58,552 nucleotides of DNA, taken from a virus. Lineage: Duplodnaviria > Caudoviricetes. Location: the IMG/VR virus record IMGVR_UViG_3300021962_000122, positions 1-58,552 of that record, one strand, 5' to 3'. The translations under genes were made by a program, and so were the position numbers. The notes under the pieces were generated by a model, which saw nothing but the letters and a program-made list of their open reading frames with translations, made no database searches and was not told the DNA's origin. Every line of letters begins with the position of its first letter. Position 1 is the stretch's first letter. Of this stretch, positions 18,796 to 27,513 are shown one piece after another.

Positions 18796-21673
18796 TGAAG
18801 TGCTCTTCCTCAAAAGTTATGTGCATGGCGTTGACACGCATGGATGGGCCGTTGGTCTTGCCCAGCATATCTTTCTTGGAGTATTTGACACGAAACATCT
18901 TCTCCATCTGCTTCTTGAAATCGTCGTAGCTGAAGCTCATGCTGACGCAGTGTTTGCGTAGAAGCTGTTCCTCAATGAAGTACTCCCTGAACCCATCTGC
19001 AAGCGTGCCGTGTTCAACACGCCCAAGTACCTTAGACCTTGTAATCGACTTGTCAACAGTCTCACCGTCCCCCCATGCGGCCATCAGACGGCCTTCGGCT
19101 TTTTTGATGATTATGAAGTTGCCGTAGTTGTCGCCTGTGTAGGCATTCAATACATCTTCAGCGGTGCGTACACTGCCACGGATGATGCCACGGGCTTTCT
19201 CCACAAGCACTCGCAGAGCGTCAATAACTTTCTGCACTTCTACATCAAGGATGTTGGCATAGTCCCTGCGCAGTAACACGGCAGCCGCAACAACCACTGT
19301 GCAGCCAGCATGCCAGTAACGTTCGTCATCATCGAAGTTCAACACTTTCTTCAAATGCTTGTGTGTCTTGGCCACGACTTGTTCTGCTACGTGCTGGTTC
19401 TTTGTCAACCATCTGACCCATGCTTCGCCAGCTACGCCGTAGTTGTGCTTCATCATCAACAGGACTTCGCGTTCCTTGGGAGTCCACTCCAGCTTAATGT
19501 TTGGGTTCCACTCCAGCATACGCAGAAGCTCACCGTTTGAGCTGAACTTCCTTGCCCCCGCCATGTAGTCGGTCAGGCTTTCGTTGGAAGTCATGGTGCA
19601 TGTTGTCTTCCACGTGGTGTTGTTGATACGTTCCTTGTTTGCGCCAGCCTCCATACGTTCCTTGCCCTGCGCTTCAGCAAAGTCAAAGATAAACGTCGGT
19701 GCCCACTCCATGTCAGCACGCTGGGTGTTCGTGATCTCGTCAATCAAAAGCGGCATGCTGTTGAGCAGACCAGCACGTTGTTGCATGGCTACGGGAGATG
19801 TACCCTTACCTGTTCTGTACCGCAGAGGGTTGCCCCATACACCAGCCTTGGCGCTCAGCACCAGCGATTTACCAGTACCAGACCAGCGTGAACCGATGTG
19901 CCACACAAACCCTTCGTACTCTGTGAAACGCATGAGAGGCGCACCAAACGAGTCCAAACACACAGCCAACGCCGTCTCCATGCCGGGCTTGTCCACGAAT
20001 ACGGTCTGCCACAACTTGCGCCAGTTATCCAGCGTGCCAGCGTTTGTGGTGTTGCGGTTGATGTTCTCAAGGCCGGGCATAGGGATGCGAGTCTCGCCGC
20101 CTTCTTTACTGAACACGCGGTTGTTGTACACAAAGCTGTTGTCTTCTTGCCAGCCACACTGGTATGGGATGACGATTGGTTTCTTGGACTGCGATGCCTC
20201 ACCTACACAGGCGCGTACGTACTCGTAAAGCTGTTTATCAAAGCCAGCAAATGTGGACACGATGTTTTGACTGGCCAACCATTTGAGCGTCTCGTCTTTG
20301 CTCACGATTGATTTCTGCGGAAAGTTCAGCGTCAACACGCCTTCAGGACGCACAGCGGCCATGTGAACCAAGTGGTCGTTCTCCATCTTGAGCAGATCAA
20401 CCACAAACAAATCGTACGGAACAAGCTGCACAGTCTTCTTGGACTTCTTGCCGTCTTCGTCTTCCTCAACTTTCACAAAATACACGCCGCCGTTCTCGCC
20501 ATAGCTGTAGCCGCGTGGTGGCAGTGGGCGTTTAACAGACGCGACTTGTTCTGGCTCGTCACTGTCTCCCGCATCCTCCAGCGCAAAGAACTCCTCCTCA
20601 ACAAAGTCTTCACTGACGGTTGCCAGCGGTATGACTTTCTCTGTGTTGTCAGCTTTGATCTCACGCCCAAGAATCAGGGGGTTTGTAATCTTCCCCCAGT
20701 GTGGACACTCAGTGCAGATGCCGGGGTTCAGAGAGTCCATTGCCGCACATGAGTATGGCCCTTTTATCTCAGCCAGTTTCTGATTCATCCTGTCCGGCGT
20801 GTACGGGTGCAACTCAGACAGCCACACAGCTTTCTCAGCGCCATCGTCACAGACCTTTGCCCATGACAGCAACGCTCTCCAAATGGGTTCTTTGCCGTCC
20901 TCTTGGGCGGTGGCAACGTAGTCAGCAATCTGAGCGCAGTGAGGTTGGAACTCGGCAAAGACTGTGCGGCTGTTCTGCATCATCTTTACCTGAGCGGCGG
21001 TCTTGGCGTTCTTCGGCCTCGCCCCCGGCAACATGATCGGGTCAGGTTGCGGTACTGCTTTCTCTTTGAGGTTGGCGTTGATTACTTCAGCAAACGCATC
21101 GAAGTCAAACAGGTCGCCTTCCATCAACAGCTTTACAGGAAGCGGCACTGCGTACTTCTTCTTGTGGTTCATGGTGCCGGGCACCCGCATCAGCCTTGCC
21201 GCATCTGCGGTGACATTCATGTCGATGACCATGCCTTCTTGTTTGCACAGTAGTTTTATGTTTTGCGCAACAGGTCGCCACTCATCAATCGTCATGTCGC
21301 GTGTTATCGGCCAGTAGCAGTGAAGCCCACCACCAGAACCAACAATCCACGGCTTGCCAAGCTTATCCAGCCCGACCTTGGCCATGAATGCGTCCAACGC
21401 CAGCACAGCGGCTTTCTTTGATGCGTAGCCATCCAAGTCTACAAAGAACGACCTTATGTGCGTGGCTTTCTCAGCTTCACGCTTGTTGCCCTCAAAACAA
21501 GACACTGCATAGAAAATGTCGCAATGATCTGCGTTCCAGCTGTCTATGTAGGGCTGAAAGTCGGCAATCGTGTCCTTGAACACATGCTGCTTTTTTCTTG
21601 TGAGTTCTACCGCACAGTACGAGCCTAAACCCGAAGACGGCAGAACCACCGCTAGAAACTCAAGCGGAGTCAT
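18764..21673 (-). CDS. Primase-helicase (AEP/RepB-like primase, PriCT/Zn region, DUF927 helicase)
   Basis: FFVDLD, SGGGLHCYW and RLMRVPGT primase motifs; CxxC; Walker A GSRWSGTGKS and Walker B LLIDE. Confidence 0.85.
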   Translation of the reverse strand: MTPLEFLAVVLPSSGLGSYCAVELTRKKQHVFKDTIADFQPYIDSWNADHCDIFYAVSCFEGNKREAEKATHIRSFFVDLDGYASKKAAVLALDAFMAKVGLDKLGKPWIVGSGGGLHCYWPITRDMTIDEWRPVAQNIKLLCKQEGMVIDMNVTADAARLMRVPGTMNHKKKYAVPLPVKLLMEGDLFDFDAFAEVINANLKEKAVPQPDPIMLPGARPKNAKTAAQVKMMQNSRTVFAEFQPHCAQIADYVATAQEDGKEPIWRALLSWAKVCDDGAEKAVWLSELHPYTPDRMNQKLAEIKGPYSCAAMDSLNPGICTECPHWGKITNPLILGREIKADNTEKVIPLATVSEDFVEEEFFALEDAGDSDEPEQVASVKRPLPPRGYSYGENGGVYFVKVEEDEDGKKSKKTVQLVPYDLFVVDLLKMENDHLVHMAAVRPEGVLTLNFPQKSIVSKDETLKWLASQNIVSTFAGFDKQLYEYVRACVGEASQSKKPIVIPYQCGWQEDNSFVYNNRVFSKEGGETRIPMPGLENINRNTTNAGTLDNWRKLWQTVFVDKPGMETALAVCLDSFGAPLMRFTEYEGFVWHIGSRWSGTGKSLVLSAKAGVWGNPLRYRTGKGTSPVAMQQRAGLLNSMPLLIDEITNTQRADMEWAPTFIFDFAEAQGKERMEAGANKERINNTTWKTTCTMTSNESLTDYMAGARKFSSNGELLRMLEWNPNIKLEWTPKEREVLLMMKHNYGVAGEAWVRWLTKNQHVAEQVVAKTHKHLKKVLNFDDDERYWHAGCTVVVAAAVLLRRDYANILDVEVQKVIDALRVLVEKARGIIRGSVRTAEDVLNAYTGDNYGNFIIIKKAEGRLMAAWGDGETVDKSITRSKVLGRVEHGTLADGFREYFIEEQLLRKHCVSMSFSYDDFKKQMEKMFRVKYSKKDMLGKTNGPSMRVNAMHITFEEEHFNGNNISVGDT

Positions 21674-21687
21674 GTCTATCCTTTGGT

Positions 21688-21897
21688 TTATTTAAAGTCG
21701 TCGGTTGCGTGCTCTACGCCTTGCTGAAAGCCTTCTTCAAACCCACTTTGGTATATGGTTTCTCTGTTGTCTATCAGTGCCGCCATGCGCTCAACAAGCG
21801 TCTCAATCCAGTCTGGAGGAACTCTGTCGAAGCCCATGATGTACACGTACCGCAAAAGCTCGTTGTCTGTCAGTTGCTTAGGTTGAACGCCTTGCAT
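21688..21897 (-). CDS. Hypothetical protein
   Basis: ORF with GGAG RBS, packed within the operon. Confidence 0.6.
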   Translation of the reverse strand: MQGVQPKQLTDNELLRYVYIMGFDRVPPDWIETLVERMAALIDNRETIYQSGFEEGFQQGVEHATDDFK

Positions 21898-22148
21898 GTT
21901 TTTCTCCAAGCCTCGTCGGCTGTGCTTGATGTTTGTAGGATTTTAAGAAGTGCGCTTGCCGATGGTCGGTAAGCGACAAACACTTCACCACCGCCGAACC
22001 AGTTGTAAACAGATTGGCGTGAAACACCAAGTGCCTGAGAGATTCGTACGACAGAGAAGTTGTGGTGAACAGCCCAGCGCCCCAGTTGGTTGCCCAACGT
22101 CTTCGGCGCTTTCATGACCATGTTGATTGTTTGTTGTGAGTAAGCCAT
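21870..22148 (-). CDS. Cro/XRE-like helix-turn-helix protein
   Basis: SVVRISQALGVSRQSVYNWF HTH signature. Confidence 0.75.
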   Translation of the reverse strand: MAYSQQTINMVMKAPKTLGNQLGRWAVHHNFSVVRISQALGVSRQSVYNWFGGGEVFVAYRPSASALLKILQTSSTADEAWRKTCKAFNLSN

Positions 22149-22151
22149 AAT

Positions 22152-22290
22152 TTTTAGGTGGGGGTACTCGCTGCACTGGTGGGATTCGAACCCACGGAGT
22201 TCCAAGCATTGCTCTTGACAGCCCTTGAAACTCTGTAGTCAAGTCACCAATAGACCAGACTCTGGCACAGCATCCGCTTTCCCCCCAAAA
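22152..22290 (-). ncRNA. Structured intergenic RNA element with tRNA-like T-arm
   Basis: Nested helices that use G-U pairs on the minus strand, a GUGGG-UUCGAAU-CCCAC arm and a GAA/AGUA internal loop. Confidence 0.6.
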
Positions 22291-22294
22291 CTCC

Positions 22295-23245
22295 TTACTC
22301 TTCGTCCCAATCGTCCACCATTGCCGCCAAGTTTGATTTCTTGGCAGGCACGGCACTTGGCTTCTTCTCTTCCTTGCGCACAGTCGGCTCCTCGCCCTCA
22401 TCCTCTGCAACAGTCGCGGTCTTGGCTTTCTTTGCCTTGGGTGCGGGTGCTGGCGGCTCGTCTTCCTCAGCTTCAACCTTGGCAGGGCGTGTGCCAGCAA
22501 TAGCCAGAGGAGCCGCCACAGTGGGGGCTTTTGGCATTGTCATCGCAACAGCACGCTTGGCTTCTGCTGACTCAGCTTTTTTGGACACAACCTCATACTC
22601 GTCTTCAGTCAACCAGCGCATCTCCTTGAAGAACAGCTTGGGGCTTTCAGACTTGGTATCAAACTTCAAACGTGTCACGACCAAGCTGGGGTCAATCGGT
22701 TCTTGCTGAGCCATCAACCACTTGATATACGCCTGTAATGGGCGGTTCTCACCTTCGCCATCACCAAAGATTGACTTAGCTGGCAGTGTCAACTGAAGGA
22801 TGTCGCCTTCCATGTCGTTGGCCAACACTACCGCAACACGTTGCTGATAGCGGCATGCGCGGCTGTTACCTTGACCAGACCCTGCGATGTTCTGTGGGCA
22901 CTCTTTGCAGTTGCTGTGTTGTCTGTTGCCAGCATCAACAGAGGGGGTCTTGCCGTCAGCAGACCAGCAGTCAGGCGCAGTTACTTCACCATCGTATGAT
23001 TTGGCATAAAACACGCGTCCAATCTCAGGCGCGGCGGCAACGAACACAACGTCCAGATAGCGTTCTTCGATTGAAGCGATTTCTTTACCGCCACTGTACA
23101 AGCGGAACACACCGCCCTTGATTGAGATACGCTTGGTGGTATCTACGTTGTTGCCAGCCAAAGCTTTGGCGACTGAGGACAGGCCTTCACGGCCTTTTGC
23201 AAACGCTGGTACGTTTGCTTTATTAAAAAGCGTCACATTGGTCAT
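22295..23245 (-). CDS. Putative single-stranded DNA-binding protein
   Basis: Cys cluster (PDCWS...CKECPQN...RAC), Ala/Pro/Lys linker and acidic tail DDWDEE, in the replication block. Confidence 0.65.
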   Translation of the reverse strand: MTNVTLFNKANVPAFAKGREGLSSVAKALAGNNVDTTKRISIKGGVFRLYSGGKEIASIEERYLDVVFVAAAPEIGRVFYAKSYDGEVTAPDCWSADGKTPSVDAGNRQHSNCKECPQNIAGSGQGNSRACRYQQRVAVVLANDMEGDILQLTLPAKSIFGDGEGENRPLQAYIKWLMAQQEPIDPSLVVTRLKFDTKSESPKLFFKEMRWLTEDEYEVVSKKAESAEAKRAVAMTMPKAPTVAAPLAIAGTRPAKVEAEEDEPPAPAPKAKKAKTATVAEDEGEEPTVRKEEKKPSAVPAKKSNLAAMVDDWDEE

Positions 23246-23261
23246 GTGATATTTCTCCTGA

Positions 23262-23711
23262 TTACTTGGTTGGTTTGCGAACAGAGATTGCGTACTCAGT
23301 CAATGAGTTCAATCCGGGTGGTACGAGGCCGGGGTTATCTTCAAGAAATGTTGCCATGTTGGTCTGCGCAATACGCTTCTCCAACAGATCAACGGCTTCG
23401 TGTTGAAGCACGAATGTCTTGAATGAATCCCAGTCTTGTGTGTTGTAGCGTGTCTTTGTGGACAACACTACAGTGCCTTGGTCAGTGCGCACAGAGGACA
23501 CGCCCAGTGCAAGCATCTGATCTTTGAGGGCAATCTTCACGATGTCTTGCTGTCGTTTGATTTCCTCAACTTCGTTTTCGTACGCTTGAGTCAGCTCTTG
23601 AATTCGAGCCGCCATCTTACGGTACACCTTTGCCAACTTGTCCATTGGGACAGTGGACATTTCACTCGGCTCCTCTGTGGCGGGAGCATCATCGTCGACT
23701 ATTGCAGTCAT
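23262..23711 (-). CDS. Phage replication-region protein (coiled coil plus beta domain)
   Basis: 149 aa with DWDSF...LLEKRI...PPGL motifs. CAGGAG RBS. Confidence 0.6.
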   Translation of the reverse strand: MTAIVDDDAPATEEPSEMSTVPMDKLAKVYRKMAARIQELTQAYENEVEEIKRQQDIVKIALKDQMLALGVSSVRTDQGTVVLSTKTRYNTQDWDSFKTFVLQHEAVDLLEKRIAQTNMATFLEDNPGLVPPGLNSLTEYAISVRKPTK

Positions 23712-23729
23712 TTGCTTCTCCTGTTATTT

Positions 23730-23745
23730 TGTCTAACGTTTAACA
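23730..23745. promoter_or_regulatory. 16-bp imperfect palindrome TGTCTAACGTTTAACA (putative operator)
   Basis: Related copies at 35735 and 41521. Abuts a minus-strand TATGAT hexamer. Confidence 0.5.
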
Positions 23746-23780
23746 TCATACACGGAACAAAATCAAACACAACTCCTTTC

Positions 23781-25343
23781 TTAAATATTTTTCACTTCGC
23801 TGTCGAACATTTCTACCAGCAACTTGTGGTCGGTTACTTTACCGCCCATGGCCTTGAATAATTTTTTCTCAATCGGGCTTGATTCAATGTGTACCACAGT
23901 AACTTTGTCAGAGTTTTGACCTTTGCGATCTGCGCGTGCAATACATTGGGTGTACATCTCCACGCTCATCAGTGGCCCAAAGAACACCACAGTGTCTGCG
24001 GCAGTTAGGGTAATCCCGTGTGCAGTAGCTTGTGGTTGCATGACCAGCACGCGTATCTTGTCTGTGGTCTGAAAGTCGCCAATAATTTGTCCACGCTTGC
24101 TGGCGCTCACGTCACCATGAATTTGTCCCACGGCGTAGCCCTGCTTGGTCAAGTGCGTCACTATTGTTTCTATGCTTGAGCGGAACAAAGCAAAGATGAT
24201 GACCTTGCGTTCTGTCTCCTCCAACACTTCGTCGAGCACATGCAGACGCGGAGATGCGTCGAACTCAACAACCTCCCTGTCGTCTGTGTAGGCGGCACCG
24301 CACGATATTTGCAGCAACTTGTTTACCGCAACGCCAGCATTGACTGCGCTGATTGTTTCTCCCGCCGCACGCACCATCATCTGTTCTTTCAACAGTCTGT
24401 AGTATTTGTTCTGTTGCGGTGTCATGGGCACTTCACGCGTTACTGTGATGACTGGAGGTAAGTCAAGGCACTGCCCTTTTGTGAAACGAATTGCTGGTTG
24501 CAACGCTTCGTACACAAGCGCCCTTGCGTTTTCTTTGGGCGACCATTTGAACATGCTGATCTTGTTCATCACCTTATCGCGCCATGCTGTTTGGAACTTG
24601 GGCACACCGCTTGGGTTAACAAGCTTTGCAAGGCCGTACGCATCCACAGGGGACTGTGATGCGGGAGTACCGGTCATCATCCACAGGTATGTCTCGGGCT
24701 TGATGATTGACGCAAGCGCTTTCCAACGCCGTGTTGATGGGTTCTTGTATGCGTTGGCTTCATCGACAATCACAAGGTCAAAGCGCCCATCATTGCGTAT
24801 CTCATCAGCAATCAGGTTCAGACCATCGTAGTTGGCGATGACGATCTCGTAGTCACGCTGAATCATTTCTATGCGGCGCGCAGCTTGTTGATGGTGGGCG
24901 ACGATGGCGCTTCTGTGCATGGTGCTGTTCATGATGTCGCCCATCCACGCACTGTGCATGATTGACAGAGGACACAACACCAATACTCTGCGAACTTCAC
25001 CGCGCTCAATCAGGTAGTCAGCCGCCCACAACGCAGAGAGCGTCTTGCCAGTGCCGGGGTCGTTAAAGCAGAATGCTCTGCGGTGTAGTGTCAAGAACGC
25101 CGCTGTTTCAATTTGGTGATCCATAGGCTTGTACTTGCCCGGCCAACCGTAGCGTCCTTTGATTGGAGACGGCACATCTTTGACACCAAGATTTTTCAGC
25201 ACACGGCTTTCGTCAAGCCCCCAGTACACAGCCACTTGATACACACCATTCTCTTCACCGATGACTTTGTGTTTTGGAATGATGCCGTACTTGCTTGGGT
25301 CGCGTGTTCGTAACACCAAAGCTTTGTTGTCAATTATCTCCAT
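23781..25343 (-). CDS. SNF2-like SF2 helicase
   Basis: DPGTGKT, IVDEAN, MTGTP, HGITLT and QCIARADRKGQ motifs. Confidence 0.9.
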   Translation of the reverse strand: MEIIDNKALVLRTRDPSKYGIIPKHKVIGEENGVYQVAVYWGLDESRVLKNLGVKDVPSPIKGRYGWPGKYKPMDHQIETAAFLTLHRRAFCFNDPGTGKTLSALWAADYLIERGEVRRVLVLCPLSIMHSAWMGDIMNSTMHRSAIVAHHQQAARRIEMIQRDYEIVIANYDGLNLIADEIRNDGRFDLVIVDEANAYKNPSTRRWKALASIIKPETYLWMMTGTPASQSPVDAYGLAKLVNPSGVPKFQTAWRDKVMNKISMFKWSPKENARALVYEALQPAIRFTKGQCLDLPPVITVTREVPMTPQQNKYYRLLKEQMMVRAAGETISAVNAGVAVNKLLQISCGAAYTDDREVVEFDASPRLHVLDEVLEETERKVIIFALFRSSIETIVTHLTKQGYAVGQIHGDVSASKRGQIIGDFQTTDKIRVLVMQPQATAHGITLTAADTVVFFGPLMSVEMYTQCIARADRKGQNSDKVTVVHIESSPIEKKLFKAMGGKVTDHKLLVEMFDSEVKNI

Positions 25344-25671
25344 GTTCTCTTTCCAGTACGTAGTAGTGCAGTGTCGCGTCAATCTCCATACGGTTTATTT
25401 TTTCTTGGCGGACTAATTTTCTATTTGCCAACTCTTGTGCAACTCTTGTAATGTCATCGAACCTAAGCTCGTACAGCTCGTTCAACGTTACGTTGCGAGC
25501 ACCAAATCTAGCCATCCACAGGTTGCGCAGCGTTTCAGTTGGTACGTCTTCAAGGCCTGTATTCGTATGCTTGTGTAACTCCAGCGTTGTTGGCGCTCCA
25601 AAGTCAGGCATTCGTGGGTCTGTCGCCCCTATGCTGTATCGCCCTGTTGCTTTGTATGTCAGCATACTCAT
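25330..25671 (-). CDS. Hypothetical protein, WxAxFG family (third in transcription order)
   Basis: PTETLRNLWMARFG motif. ATGA coupling with the upstream gene. Confidence 0.6.
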   Translation of the reverse strand: MSMLTYKATGRYSIGATDPRMPDFGAPTTLELHKHTNTGLEDVPTETLRNLWMARFGARNVTLNELYELRFDDITRVAQELANRKLVRQEKINRMEIDATLHYYVLEREHGDN

Positions 25672-25982
25672 ACGCCCTCCTTCAACCGTGCCCAAGGCGT
25701 GTTGCTGTTTCTGAATTCAAGCTCTTCCATCAGTTTGTTTCTGTGAAGTCTTGACGATGCGTCCATCCAAAACTCTTCATCTAGTTCAGATACATCTATC
25801 CACGTATCACCAAACTTTGCTCTCCACATATCTGCGAGTCTTGATAGCGGCATGGCATATGCTGCACGTTGGTTTGGGTTGTCTGCGCCAACATGAGTGA
25901 CTGGAATGTCTCTTGACATTGATGACGCAATGCGCATGTGCTCAGCGTAATGATCGCCTAGCAGTCCTTTTATTTTTCCCAT
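25668..25982 (-). CDS. Hypothetical protein, WxAxFG family (second)
   Basis: PLSRLADMWRAKFGDTWID motif. GGGAG RBS. Confidence 0.65.
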   Translation of the reverse strand: MGKIKGLLGDHYAEHMRIASSMSRDIPVTHVGADNPNQRAAYAMPLSRLADMWRAKFGDTWIDVSELDEEFWMDASSRLHRNKLMEELEFRNSNTPWARLKEGV

Positions 25983-25994
25983 TTGCTTCTCCCG

Positions 25995-26417
25995 TTATTG
26001 TTCTGGCATGCGGCACACGTACCGCGCTCTGTCTGTTAAAAAATGGACTTCAACTTCTCCGAGTTGTTTAAGTCTTTTGAAAGCCGCAATAAAGAACTCG
26101 TCGTTCTCTAGCTCAGCTATATCTATCCACTTGTTTCCATAACGTGCTACCCACAAATCAATCAGTCTGTTGACTGGGATGCTGAACGCTTCGGAGTCAA
26201 GCATTGCCGTTGTGACTTCACTTTCAATAATAAGTTTGGCGTGTATTGCGCTCCCTTCAATTTGTACGCGACTACCGCTTGATACTGTGGTCAGATTTAC
26301 GCTCGAAACTCCTGTTGTCTGATGCAGATTTGACGCGTAGATTGCCTCGAATTGTTGCGCCGCCTTTTGAAAGAGGCTTTTTGTGGTCGACATCTTTTCC
26401 ATCTCCTTTGTGTACAA
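25995..26417 (-). CDS. Hypothetical protein, WxAxFG family (first; true start uncertain, probably downstream of 26417)
   Basis: PVNRLIDLWVARYGNKWID motif. The 5' part overlaps the HNH gene. Confidence 0.5.
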   Translation of the reverse strand: MYTKEMEKMSTTKSLFQKAAQQFEAIYASNLHQTTGVSSVNLTTVSSGSRVQIEGSAIHAKLIIESEVTTAMLDSEAFSIPVNRLIDLWVARYGNKWIDIAELENDEFFIAAFKRLKQLGEVEVHFLTDRARYVCRMPEQ

Positions 26418-26535
26418 GCCCTTCTTTCATAAGCATTGCGCGTGCTTTGTTTCGAGCGGTTCTTTTTTTAATGATTTCTGGTTTCTGTTCGTACTTTGCG
26501 TACGACGGACGGTCTGCTGGGTTTTTGTAAGGCAT
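26272..26535 (-). CDS. Small HNH endonuclease
   Basis: DVDHKKPLSKGG...NLRV...NRS motif. Confidence 0.8.
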   Translation of the reverse strand: MPYKNPADRPSYAKYEQKPEIIKKRTARNKARAMLMKEGLVHKGDGKDVDHKKPLSKGGATIRGNLRVKSASDNRSFERKSDHSIKR

Positions 26536-26544
26536 GAGTGTTCC

Positions 26545-27210
26545 CTAATGTTTTGAGTTGAACTCGCATGTTTTTACCGGACACCAACCGCACAGAGGCG
26601 TTTGGTTTGGGTTCCACACATCGTTTGCGAATGATGCTTCCAGTCGAGCGTAGCGTTCACGGTAGTTCCACCAATGTTTCTTTACTTCGTCTGATGTCAT
26701 CGTCATCTTTACAAAGTCGTTCTTCACAAGAAACAACAACGCTGAGTTAACTCTGCGTATGTGGGGGAAGTGCGCAAACACCATGATTGACATGAGCACA
26801 AGTTGATCGCGGTCTGGATATTTGTTGTTGCCGGTTTTGTAGTCTGCCACCCACGCGGTCAGGTTTTCGTCATCAACAATTAGCAAGTCTGCGATGCCCC
26901 GCACCCATACGTTATCTGCTTTCCAACTTGTTGGCAAGAGGTCAGCGGTCAACGCCATCTCATACTCAGCAAGCTTACGGCCAGACTTATTCAGCAACGC
27001 ATCCACCACAGGTTGGAACTGCGCGTATTCAGGCGGGATTGGTTTGCCCTCCTTGACATACATCTCCAACGCTTCGTGGACTTGATTGCCGTACCGCGTT
27101 GCCTCAGTCTCTGTGAACGGGTAGTTCTTCAGTACCTTGACCTCGTAGTAGCGGCGCTGACAACCCTCAAAGTCTTTGAGGGAAGAGTGTGACCATGCTG
27201 GTTTTTTCAT
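26545..27210 (-). CDS. Cas4-like PD-(D/E)XK exonuclease
   Basis: WSHSS...C, GIAD, DYKTG, QL and C-terminal CGWCPVKTC (four Cys, Fe-S type). Confidence 0.85.
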   Translation of the reverse strand: MKKPAWSHSSLKDFEGCQRRYYEVKVLKNYPFTETEATRYGNQVHEALEMYVKEGKPIPPEYAQFQPVVDALLNKSGRKLAEYEMALTADLLPTSWKADNVWVRGIADLLIVDDENLTAWVADYKTGNNKYPDRDQLVLMSIMVFAHFPHIRRVNSALLFLVKNDFVKMTMTSDEVKKHWWNYRERYARLEASFANDVWNPNQTPLCGWCPVKTCEFNSKH

Positions 27211-27503
27211 AGTTGTGCGGAGTCGACGGCAGTGGATAAACGGTTGGCAAACGCTGTCACAAACTTCTCGTCGTAACACAAGTCGTTGTTCATGTCATGC
27301 AGTACTGCATGCGTCAACTCGTGCCAGAACGTGTCAGCCATTTCTTCTTTGCCGAGCTTGTTGCCCTGCATGTCGTGTGTCGCCATCCAAATGATGCCGT
27401 GCTGATAATCAATCGCGGCAAGGGTGTTCTTTGTCCTTGCTTGTTTGATTTTGATGACTGCATAGGTCTTGGTGCCTACTGTTATTTTCTTGGGTATTTG
27501 CAT
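27207..27503 (-). CDS. Small zincin-like metallopeptidase-fold protein
   Basis: TFWHELTHAVL...DEKFV (HExxH...E). Confidence 0.65.
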   Translation of the reverse strand: MQIPKKITVGTKTYAVIKIKQARTKNTLAAIDYQHGIIWMATHDMQGNKLGKEEMADTFWHELTHAVLHDMNNDLCYDEKFVTAFANRLSTAVDSAQL

Positions 27504-27513
27504 GATTCTCTCC

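Noticed and set aside
22172-22271. Canonical tRNA gene suggested by GGTTCGAATCC
   Set aside because: The T-arm is perfect, but I could not build a standard D-arm, anticodon arm and correctly spaced acceptor stem. Kept as a tRNA-like element instead.
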